Source: Catajapyx aquilonaris
Taxonomy: Eukaryota
DNA: 64,000 nucleotides
Direction: 5' to 3'
Assembly: GCA_000934665.2 (NCBI GenBank)
Contig: JYFJ02001100.1
Location: forward strand, 1 to 64,000
The translations under genes and the position numbers were made by a program. Below, one piece after another: positions 12,937 through 23,468 of the stretch. Position 1 is the first letter of the stretch, and every line of letters starts with the position of its first letter. Under the pieces are notes generated by a model, which was not told the origin of the DNA, did no database searches, and saw only the letters and a program-made list of their open reading frames with translations.

Positions 12937-13032
12937 GGGAGGGCGGGAAGGGAGGGAGGCTGGGCACCGGGGTGGCCAGCAGGCAGGGAAGGGGATAAAA
13001 AGGTGGTGTGGCCGAGGCGGCCGGGGTCAGTG
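12937..13032 (+). promoter_or_regulatory. Putative inx2 core promoter (G-tract cluster, TATA-like GATAAAAAG, Inr-like TCAGT)
   Basis: GATAAAAAG at ~12994 lies about 34 bp before TCAGT (13027-13031). A GC-rich, ATG-free leader then runs to the ATG at 13351. Inferred from motifs only. Confidence 0.35.
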
Positions 13033-13350
13033 CTTAGAAGGTGGGCGGTGTGATCGGGCGGGTTGGATCGGGGCCCGACAGAAGGCGTTGGAGTGCTGAC
13101 CAGGAAGGACGCAGGAAAGGGGCAGGGGGCAGGAGCGTCGGTCGGAGGCGATTGGCCCGTCCTTGGCTGGCTGTGTGCTGCCACCTGCTGCACTCTTCCC
13201 CACTCCCGCCGCCTGGGACTCACTCTTGGTCGAGCCAGAGGAGCACGTGCACCGACGCTGCGGTGTGCAGCCGCCCCCTCCATCCCTGGCCTCCCCCGCA
13301 TAATTATTTAACAGTGTGTGCAGTGTGGTACAGCAGCAAAGGACGGCACC

Positions 13351-14427
13351 ATGTTTGACGTGTTCGGCTCCGTCAAAGGGCTCTTGAAGCTCGACTCTGT
13401 GTGCATAGACAATAACATATTCCGGCTCCACTACAAGGCGACGGTGGTCATCCTGATCGCCTTCTCCCTGCTGGTCACCTCCCGGCAGTACATTGGCGAC
13501 CCGATAGACTGCATCGTGGACGAGATACCCGAGAATGTGATGGACACGTACTGCTGGATACACTCCACCTTCACCATACCCAACCGGCTGACCGGAGTGG
13601 TGGGTAAGGATGTCCCGCACCCCGGGATCGGCCTGCCCTCCGACACCGAGGAGATCAAGTACCACAAGTACTACCAGTGGGTCTGCTTCGTCCTCTTCTT
13701 CCAAGCCATGCTCTTCTACATCCCACGGTACCTCTGGAAGACGTGGGAGGGAGGCAAGATCAAGATGCTGGTGCTGGACCTCAACTGCCCCATAATCAGC
13801 GAGGAGTGCAAGAAGGACCGGAAGAAGCTGTTGGTCGACTACTTCGTGTCCAACCTGCACAACCACAACTTCTACGCCTTCCGGTTCTTCGTCTGCGAGC
13901 TCTTGAACTTCATCAACGTCGTCGGACAGATCTACTTCATGGACCTGTTCCTGGGAGGCGAGTTCACCACGTACGGCACCGACGTCATATCCTTCACCGA
14001 GATGGAACCGGAGGACCGTCCGGACCCGATGGCCAAGGTCTTCCCGAAAGTGACCAAATGCACCTTCCACAAGTTCGGTCCCTCCGGCACGGTGCAGAGG
14101 TTCGACGGACTGTGCGTGTTGCCCCTCAACATCGTCAACGAGAAGATATACGTCTTCCTCTGGTTCTGGTTCGTGGTCCTCAGCGTCATCACCGGTGTCG
14201 CGCTGCTGTACCGGGTGGCAGTCGTCTTCGGTCCCCAGATCAGGATGTACCTCCTGCGGGCCCGATCGCGTCTGGCGCCTCGGGACCAGGTCGAAACCAT
14301 CGCCCGCAAGTGCCAAATAGGAGACTGGTTCGTGCTCTACCAGCTGGGCAAAAACATTGACCCTCTGGTCTACAAGGAGCTGGTGCACGACCTGGCCCGC
14401 AAGTTTGAAGGGAAAGAGTCGGTTTAG
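13351..14427 (+). CDS. inx2: Innexin 2 (gap junction protein), single coding exon, 358 aa
   Basis: Starts MFDVFGSVKGLLKLDSVCIDNNIFRLHYKATV, typical of arthropod Inx2. Contains [44 protein letters not shown] and four hydrophobic segments. ATG in a good context (CACCATG). Confidence 0.95.
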   Translation: MFDVFGSVKGLLKLDSVCIDNNIFRLHYKATVVILIAFSLLVTSRQYIGDPIDCIVDEIPENVMDTYCWIHSTFTIPNRLTGVVGKDVPHPGIGLPSDTEEIKYHKYYQWVCFVLFFQAMLFYIPRYLWKTWEGGKIKMLVLDLNCPIISEECKKDRKKLLVDYFVSNLHNHNFYAFRFFVCELLNFINVVGQIYFMDLFLGGEFTTYGTDVISFTEMEPEDRPDPMAKVFPKVTKCTFHKFGPSGTVQRFDGLCVLPLNIVNEKIYVFLWFWFVVLSVITGVALLYRVAVVFGPQIRMYLLRARSRLAPRDQVETIARKCQIGDWFVLYQLGKNIDPLVYKELVHDLARKFEGKESV

Positions 14428-14604
14428 ACTCCGTCAAACAGACAATTTTCCAACATTGATAGTTAATTTGTACTGTTTAATTATTATTTTTTTCCTCAAT
14501 GCAGAGTACATTGCCAGAAGGGACCAAGACAGGGCTTCTTGTAATTATTATTTTTTTGCCATTAGTCGCAGCACGAGGGGCCACTCTTTTTTTTTTGCAT
14601 TTCA

Positions 14605-14778
14605 ATATTGGCCGCAGCATGGGCCGTCTCATTCCAAGAGTAGCTCAGTTAGTTTTCCTGCCATTTTTATACCCTGTCAAATTTTTTGATCTGTTCAGGC
14701 CATAGCATTTGACAGTTCATATTGGCCGCAGCGTGTCAAATGGCAGCATTCTCATTCCAAAAGTAGCTCAGTTAGTTT
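14605..14778 (+). repeat. Two-copy direct repeat in the inx2 3' UTR
   Basis: ATATTGGCCGCAGC at 14605 and 14719. TCTCATTCCAA(G/A)AGTAGCTCAGTTAGTTT at 14627 and 14750. Confidence 0.85.
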
Positions 14779-17700
14779 GCCACACAATTTTTTTTGCTTC
14801 TTTTATCTGTGTTACTGAAGTTGTAAGCCAGAAGTGTCTTTCAGATAGGGAGGGAAAAAAAAACAAGTTACTAGTACTATTATTGCACTAGGTCTAGTTC
14901 AGTTTGTAAGTGAATTTTGGAAGATTTTTTTTTTTTGGAGAGAGGTACTGCCCACTAATGTGCCTGTAATAAGAGTTGTGCAGCTTGTGAGTCTTCCTAA
15001 GAAGGGCTACTGTTGCAATAGTATTTTTTTTCTCAATCGTCACGTGCTTCCATTACCTGCCTGGGTGCGCTGCCAGCGCCACTCGTATTAAAGTGGGACC
15101 ATTACAATATCAGGGCAATTTGGTCGTTGTCGCTGTAGCAGAGGCAATTTGTTATTTTTTTACTGGAGCGCTGATGGACTGCTGTTGTGATTTTGTGATG
15201 TTCTCCCTTCATTGTGTGGGACAGGGGACAAGTGCTTTACAAAATGCAAAATTGTACATATCCATTGGGGAGAAGAGTGCGTTGAGGGACAGAACCCCCA
15301 CCTATGTTTTGTGTGGCATTTGCAAGTGACGAACTGGTCATATTATTTTGGGAGACAGACTCCTGCTTTGCTGTAGTTCTCACGGTAGCTTTTACTCCAT
15401 CCGAAGAATGGTCACAACGCGGTTGGAACGATGACATGTACTGGGTGCATTGTTGACGCAGGTTGTACAAGTGAGACTTGAGATCTCTTCAAGTAAAGAA
15501 CGGCAGGACTATGGTGTCAGGCATATGAGCTGGAGTGAGTTTGATGATAATAGGTTTCAACCTTTTTTTTTTAATGACAACTTTTATTTAAGTATCTTGC
15601 TTCAACACGGTACTGAACTTGTACCATCATTCTTGCATTGCATTTGTTAAAGGTCATTGTTGCATGACTGCTAAAAAGGCAAGTATTGGTGGTACAAGTC
15701 ATGTAACCCAGAAGTGCTGTGTTGTCACTGACTGAGACTGGTATGCGTGTTATTATTATTTTATTATAAATTTTTTTTTTGCGAAGCAGTGTGCTATTTT
15801 TTCCTACTTTTGTGGAAGTGGAGTACCCTTTTCCCCATGTATATTATTTGTTCCAATTTTTTTGTCAACAATCCGGGAACCTGGAAGAGTAGTATTCAGT
15901 GTGGCAGTTAATCAGGAAAGAAAAAAAAGAGATTTTTTGGGACCAAACTTTTCCTTTTTTATACACAATGTGTTCAAGTCTGCATAATAAATGCAAACAG
16001 GATTGTGAAATTAACGTTGAATTATTTGCTCTTTATAGTGCCTTAGGGAAAAGAGTAGGTACATCATGATAATCTCATTTTGAGTAAGCATTGGAGTAAA
16101 AGCTGGGCTGAGGGGCCTTGATCAGCTTGGCCATGAAAATATTCCATTAATCATTTTATTACCCCTGGTATGAATGCATGGATGAAACAAGTATCAAGTG
16201 AGGGATGACGTTGTAAACAACATTGTAATAAGTGGAATTAAACTTCCAGTAGACATCCAAAACTTGTATTGTACATTGTTCCTAGCTTTTTTATCCAACT
16301 CATTATTATCATAGTGTCAAGGTAGACCAGATTAATTTTTCAGATTCAAATGGGGTGTGTGGAGGCTAATAGTTTTTATTAGACTGCTATGGTGAGTTAC
16401 TTTGCCCTAACAATTAGGTTTGCAAAAAAAAAAAAAATCAGCCGAGTCCCGTTGGATACAGCCGCGGACACGGTTCGACAAGTTCCAAACCAAGACAAAA
16501 GGAAGAAGCCCCTGGAAACCTGCCTCCCAGGGGTAAACGCCCTCTGTAACCTGTGACAGTCCCAGCAGTATGTTGCGAACAAAACAACAAAAAAATATGC
16601 CGGCATGGCTCCAAAGTTGTTCTCTTGCTGCGTACCGGTACTGGAAAGGTAGCTTCTGTATTGAGCTCAGGCCAAGCATTGGTCAAATGTGCTGGGAACT
16701 GAAAAAGAGGCGCCATTTTTATTGAATATTTGTTTTTGCTGCTCGTGCTCGACCCTGTAAAGATTTAATTGCCAATTTTTTCATTGCAATTGTGTTTCAA
16801 TGGGCAAGTTTAAATTTTGCATAAAGGACATACACTAAGAAAATATTACTATTACCTTAGAGTTCCTAAAATGTGTATTTTCTGCTCAAATGTTTTTCAT
16901 AAATCAATTTAAAATTTTTGATAGCAAGAGCACATTGCCACTGCAGTCTGTAGCTATGATGAAATTTGTGAAATTTAAAAAATTCAACGAATAAATGATG
17001 AAAAATATATAAGGCACCTCTCTGGAAATTAAAAAATAATAACGGCTACACATTTTATAAGTATTGGTTTATAGTATGTGCAGGAAAGGATATGTCGCAG
17101 TTAGTGACGCGTCTTATCTAATTAATCACACGTAGAATATTCACGAATCACACGCTATGATAGGACGTCATACAATGCGTAATAGAACTATAGATGAGAT
17201 ATGTCAGGTCCATGACATACACGTTTGACTCGGTTTATCATCTTGACAGATACACTCATCAAAGTCTGCATCGCACAGCAGTCTATAAGTCCGAAATCAG
17301 CACCAGAAATTAATATCAATCAGGAAAAAGTCAGGATGCTCTCATACTCCTCCATTCAAGTTACTGCAAATTTCGGTCAATGTCAATCGCCTGAAACTAT
17401 TCAAATGACCACGTAAGTAGCATTAGGTAATCCGTGCAAGTGCAATGGGCGTTGCTCTTGCAAATACTGTACACTCTCTTTCCATACGGCAGTGACCGCA
17501 GTTATGCAAACGTCTACCCACACATTGAGCGAAATGCATTATTTATTGGCGCCGAATTACATGAAGCGTATTCAGAAGCCGGTGCTGACCTCAACGGAGG
17601 AAGTGTAATGCACAAAATTCCATATTATCGCGTGTTGAAGCTCGAGTTCAAGGAAGAAGGGTGAGCATCACACACACACAAAAAAAAAGGGTATCGAAAG

Positions 17701-19294
17701 GCTTGAGATGTCTTGAGATCCACAAGTGGCTGCAGGACGTTCCCAATTGAGGGATGAAAGGCGCTATCTGCTGGCATCACATATGCATACAAGTGTGACC
17801 CATTTCACAATTGGATCACAGAATTCTGCATACATTGAAATGTAAGTCGGTAGGGATGTCAATGAACCTCCCATCGAGTTATTACAGATCTCGACTAATT
17901 AATTGCTAATCACTAACCCTTGTTGGTATGCAATGGACACGGCCTTGAGACATTAGTCGAGCTGACTCTTACTACAACAATGTAGTGCACACATGGCGTA
18001 GTAAACAATGTTTTGGGCGGATTGTAGGATAATGGAGTGATTTACGAGCCCATTATTGCGAGGACGTGCACAATAACTGACATAATATTGTCGCATTCTT
18101 TTCATTGACACAATGAACTTTGCGTGGGTACTTATGTCTATGCTAATGAGCGTGTAAACAGCTGATCTCGAGAGTATTATTCCGTCCACGTGTCGCCAAA
18201 CTGCTCAAGGTGAGGTAATTCAGGTGACTGACAAGGAAGAAATTAAAACACTCGTAAACTAAAGCGGATGACTCTCGCAAAAAGACGCACATGCCACGCG
18301 TGTTTTTTTTTTGCGTATACCGTATCCAACTAATACAGAGACATGTAAACACACACGCAAAAACCATTGTTTTTGAACCACACTCTTCGCCAGACTAAAA
18401 ATAAATCGGAGCAGAGCAATATGTGCAGCTAAAGGAGTCCAGTGCAGGTCAAGTCTAGCCTGACCTTGGGTCCATAGGTCACAGGAAGCTTCGCTCATAA
18501 CCATTGGGTAATGGCTTCCATTGCACCATTGGACGTCACGGCGTAGTATCATTTTAGAGTGATAAGGAGTTCAGGATCCTATTACCGTAAGACCCTCACT
18601 TCAGGTGCCCGGTTGCCACGGGTTAGGTGGTCCTGCGCTGTGCTCTCTGTACGGTAAGTGTAGTGCACTTATTGTTGTGGTAACAATGACAGCAAGTGAC
18701 ATAATCCTGAACATTACGTGTGAAGTCTGGATAGCAGCTTGTTTATACGTTTTGTGGTATGTTTTAATGTTTAGAAAAACTACAGTAAAATGTATAGTCC
18801 CTTTTCGTGATTGGTTGTCCGCTGTCCAGCCTGCTTGTAACCAATCAGAAAGTGCAATTCGGCCGTAGTGTTAGACACTAGCGTGTACCATTTTGCAAAA
18901 GAAGTGGCGGCGGTCGGCCTAATTGCATCGTAACATTACGTCTAGGACATATTATTTACATTCCTTCCGTTCGTCTCGCTGCAGACGTAAGCTCTGGCCT
19001 CGCCTTCCTACTATTGAAGGCCGGAGGAATTAGCCCGGTTTTTTTTACCATCTCCTTGTTTTCTCTATGTGCAATTACAGAGGCGCGAACGAGGCCAAAG
19101 CGTGTCCAGAATATTCGCCCGCTTCAGTCCAGTGTCACATCCGGCAAGTCAACACACCATATTCTACGGAAGCCGAATTTCCGCCATCAACTTCCCTATT
19201 GTGGTGGATTCCACTCAGAAAGAGACGCCCTCTATTGAGGCCGGCTTCTGTTTTTCTCGTACAGTTGGAGTGTACTGTGTGAAGAGTGAGCACC

Positions 19295-19803
19295 ATGTTG
19301 AGCGTCTTTTCCACCATCAAAGACAGGGTTAAGGTCAATACTGACAAGGTGTTGTTGGATGGTGCGATATTCCGCCTGCATTACCGATTGACGACGCTGG
19401 CGATGGTGGCCAGCTGCTTGTTGGTCACGTCGCAACAGTACTTCGGCACGCATATCCAGTGCATCCTGGAGCATCATTCGCAGAAGTCGCAGTTTATCAA
19501 GATGGTCAACAACTACTGCTTCATCACTTCCACATTCACCTTACCAAAGTACCACAACAAGACTGTGGGGAAGGACATTGCCCATCCAGGGTTGGGTCCT
19601 CAGACGCCCGAAGACGAGATTGTGCGACACGCGTATTACCAGTGGGTGCCGTTCGTGCTGTTCTTACAGGCCATGCTGTTCTACGTGCCGCATTTCATCT
19701 GGAAGAAGCTGGAGGGAGGGAAGATCAGGAGCGTGCTGATGGGTCTCAACACGCTGATGCTGGAGAAGGGCAAGAGGGCGGAGAAGGAGGAGACTCTGGC
19801 CAA
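19295..19803 (+). CDS. inx7: Innexin 7-like, coding exon 1 of 3 (join 19295-19803, 21041-21250, 21585-21981; 371 aa)
   Basis: MLSVFSTIKDRVKVNTDKVLLDGAIFRLHYR...QYFGTHIQC...NNYCFITSTFT...HAYYQWVPFVLFLQ. The HIQC, CF and HAYYQWVPF signatures resemble Inx7. Donor AA|GTATGT, phase 2. Confidence 0.8.
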
Positions 19804-21040
19804 GTATGTGCTGTGTTTGTTCTAATAAGGGAAGAGTAACTAGGCAGGCATGCTTTCAATTCCAATTAACACACAGGGAGCGGGAAAATGGCCGGAGGTT
19901 AGTCACCTGTTGCAGCGGAATTCGTAGGTGCAAAATGACACCGACATAGTTGTCATTATACCAAAGGCACAACCACGTGGCGAAAAGGTGACGACACTTG
20001 ACCTTTTAAAATTTTAACTTAAATGGCATTTTCTGACGGGATATAATCTTGACATTATATCGTACCAGCTTGCTTCCAGATGTTTGGTTCGTTTTTAAAA
20101 GGTATTATTGAGGGTTGGAAAGAATCTGCTTATGCAGACCCATGCTTGCAGGACTTCCGATGTGAGCGAACGCCCCTTCTTCCGCCCCCAACTGAAAAAA
20201 AAAGTGTATTTGGACGACTGGATACATATTCACTTGACCAATTCGCTCCGAGGACTATACGTAAACAATATTTAAAGCCTATTTGACAGCGTTTTCGCTG
20301 ATTGTTGAAATATTATCCGACTATTTTAGCCATAGCAATTGCCAGTGTGTTGACTCGAGATTGTTGCATCAGTGGCTGATTCTAGAATTTAATTTAATCA
20401 GGTGTTTATAAAAAAGAAACCCACGACGTGAGCTTACGAATAACAAGTAATCATTTTTGGCCATGGAACGAAATCAGGGTCGCGATAACTATTAAAAATC
20501 AAATTTCGCCATTGTGCAGTTTTTTCAGATTAGTTACCAGAATTCGTTTTGACAGGTAGCATAATGCAGAAATAAGGATGAGCAAATGGCTATTTCTACA
20601 TACAAATTTGCCAACTTCGTTATTTACTCGATTGATTAAATTATTATTGATAACGAAACCGACTAATGAGGATAAGCCGGCACTAAACATGTCCAAAAAT
20701 GGCACCATATTCCTGCAGTATATCTGGTATATTTGCACAGTGAGTCATTATTCACTTTTAATAAAGCCATGACTCTATGCCAAGTTTCTTCTCATTTACA
20801 AGTCACTTACGACAGTTTTTACGAAATTTCTTAACGGAATGATTTACAACAATGCACGTGTCTTACACGCAGTAAGATTTATTGAGGTACCCTCCAGCCT
20901 ATAGCATTAATGCAAATAACTGTTTGGATGCCAGACGAAATTATTCATGTATGCAGAATAACAAACGTTTTGAAATCAGTGTCCTTCCTAATTATTATTA
21001 TACCAGTTGATTAAACCCCCATTTGTCTTTGTGTCGACAG

Positions 21041-21250
21041 ATACATGGTTCAGCGCATGCACACCCACAACTTCTGGGCCTTTTGCTACTACTTCTGCGA
21101 AGTGTTGAACCTCGTCAACGTCGTTGGAAACATTTATCTGACGGATCTCTTTCTGGGAGGCGAGTTCACCACGTACGGTGCACGGGTGGTCAGCTTCCTC
21201 CAGCTGGACCCTGAAGAAAGGAGTGATCCCATGACATACCTCTTCCCAAA
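21041..21250 (+). CDS. inx7: Innexin 7-like, coding exon 2
   Basis: Acceptor ...GTCGACAG|A; YMVQRMHTHNFWAFCYYFCEVLN...DPMTYLFP; donor AA|GTAAGC. The frame is continuous with exons 1 and 3. Confidence 0.85.
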
Positions 21251-21584
21251 GTAAGCGCAATAAAATCTCAACTGTTGACATGCAATGTCAACGCGGTATT
21301 ACAAAAGAATGGATGATAGTACTACAGCTACTTGGGTAAAAAAAAATTAAATGCAAACGATCATCCAACTGATGTCACGATTTTTGTACAAACGGTGCTC
21401 TCCTGTCATTTCGCACAAATTACACAGGAAAAAGCAACCATGCGATGCACCATTCCTAGAAATAGAAATAAAGCGGCTTCCCGTGACACCAAGTTGCGTG
21501 CTTGGTCGAAATAAAGTCGGACCAGAAATAATTTACATTTTATACACAACTTGAAACATCCATTGTTGCACGCTTTCATTGCAG

Positions 21585-21981
21585 AGTGACCAAATGCATC
21601 TTCCACAAGTTTGGCCACAGCGGTACCATCGAAAAGCTGGACGCGATGTGCATACTAGCCCTGAACATCATCAACGAAAAGATATACGTGTTCCTCTGGT
21701 TCTGGTTCTTGATTTTGGCGGTCCTGACAGTGCTGGGTCTGTTACAGAGCCTTTTGGTCATAATGTTCGGGTTTTTGCGAAAACGGGCTTTGCGATTTCT
21801 CTCAGGGGTCGCAGTTGGGGAAGATCTCAATGTCATTTGTCGTCGAACGCAAATTGGCGATTGGTTTCTTCTCCATTACTTAGGTAAGAACATGGATTCG
21901 CTTATTTTTGGCGAGTTTTTGCGGGTTCTGGCCTCAGCTCTCAAGGAAAATCATTTAGAAGAGACAAAACCCATGATTTAA
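21585..21981 (+). CDS. inx7: Innexin 7-like, coding exon 3
   Basis: Acceptor TTTCATTGCAG|A; VTKCIFHKFGHSG...MCILALNIINEKIYVFLWFW...IGDWFLLHYLGKN; stop TAA ends at 21981. Confidence 0.85.
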
Positions 21982-23119
21982 TATTGCTCACTAAATAATT
22001 ACCTACCCAGTGTTCAAGTTTCCATATTGTACAGGTAGCTCTCGCTGTTTTTTTTTTTTAATACAGTGCATATCTTGTCATTACTGCTTTAATTGTCGAG
22101 TACAAGAAAGCTTGCCAAAGGCAACAGTTAGGTAGCTTAGAGTACAGTACAAGGCAGTGATCACTATTATCTGTCCAATAGATGTAAGAATAACGGTTTA
22201 TACGTGATACACATGTTACCTAAAGATGTGCCAGTGGGAACAATGAGAGTATTTGCCCTACTTGTTTGGGACAATGGGCACCACCAGTTCCCCCCACATA
22301 TTTAACGCATTGTTATGTTCTCTGAACTTTATCGTTGGACATCCTAGAGATGTGAAAGAAGACTGTTGATATAAGGAATCGAGTGACTATTGTTTGTATT
22401 TATGGCGGTAATAAACTGCGTGCATTTTGTAATTGGTGTTTGTTCCTGTATTGTGAATCCGCCAACGACCAACCGCAACGACCAACGACCGCCCGTGTGA
22501 ACCCATCTCAAAAAACCTGTCTCTACTAGACAAGACGAAGCGCAAGGAAGAAGGGCCTCCCAGGCGAGGCCATCGAGAATGGCAAGGAGCAACAAGGAGG
22601 CATCCTGTTCTGCAAGTCCGGGATGTGACCACGCCTTTGACAGGAGCCCAGGCTCAAGCCAACCCACTCCCCAAACCGCACCTGCATAAGTACCACTTAA
22701 GTCCATGCCTAGTACACCATGGCTTCAGGGAGTCACAGAAGAAGGGCTCCTGCATTCGTGTTTTCAGCTGCAACCAATCCAGTCTTTGCATGAAACATTT
22801 TTTTTTTTGGTTTGCTCTTGTTTTTCTTACCCCCAGCTTTTATTGACACAGTGACAGTATCCAAGTAGATCCAAGGCTGGTGTGGTATATACGCTAACTA
22901 ACAGCTGTTTTGCGGCCTCCAATTGCGGGCCGCCTTCCTCCTCAGGCACCCCTCATTGAGGTTGTCACGGAGAAAAGAGGCCCGGGGAACACCACTTGTC
23001 CAATCGATGTAATGGTGAGCTGGAATAGGGATATTAGGGTTGGCCACGAGCCAAGGACGTCGGAGGTGTCAGTCGACAACTACTGGGTTTCATTCCTTCG
23101 GTCAGATGCTTGGGAGATG

Positions 23120-23468
23120 GGGGAAAAAATAGATTCGGCGCGTGTACGACGTGAACGTGACCGAAAACGTGGAATATTGCTGTGCCCACAGATACTTATG
23201 CGCATGAGCAGTCGCCAAGGACGAGCATGCGCATGAGGTGCACATTCCAACAAAAAAAAATCGCAAAAATTCCAAAGAAGCTTATTGTTTATTTGTTAAT
23301 TATTTACATGAAAAATCCTCAATTTTGGGTATTTTTGACCCAAAAAGTGCAGTTCCTTCAATCAACGATACGTAATCCGGCCGCGTACCAAGTTTCAGGC
23401 ACTCTGTGCCCGAAAGTGGGTTAGGTAGCCTAATATAGAGACAAACTTTCCTATTTATTATGTAAGAT
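23120..23468 (+). mobile_element. Possible Helentron/DINE-1-like non-autonomous element fragment
   Basis: Internal TGCGCATG...CATGCGCA inverted pair, an ACCAAGTTTCA core-like motif and a 3' end ACAAACTTTCCTATTTATTATGTAAGAT, all resembling ends I recall for this class. The left boundary is approximate. Confidence 0.35.

Noticed and set aside
13318..13350. GTG-initiated 11-aa N-terminal extension of Inx2
   Set aside because: An artefact of ORF calling with alternative starts. The ATG at 13351 has a good context and gives the conserved MFDVF start.
13027..14388. 453-aa antisense ORF and other overlapping ORFs across inx2
   Set aside because: These are shadows of the GC3-rich innexin CDS. The same pattern appears over ogre and shakB, and the peptides show no recognisable motif.
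13351..14427. Intronless innexin as a viral (vinnexin) or retroposed insertion
   Set aside because: It is a canonical Inx2 in its expected cluster, with no viral genes, poly(A) remnant or TSD nearby.
14640..14655. tRNA A-box-like GTAGCTCAGTTAG
   Set aside because: No B-box or cloverleaf follows, so it is not a tRNA gene.
19804..19825. Apparent premature stops suggesting innexin pseudogenes (also near 21254, 33708, 53064 and 54572)
   Set aside because: These are read-through into introns. Canonical GT-AG splicing restores full-length frames.
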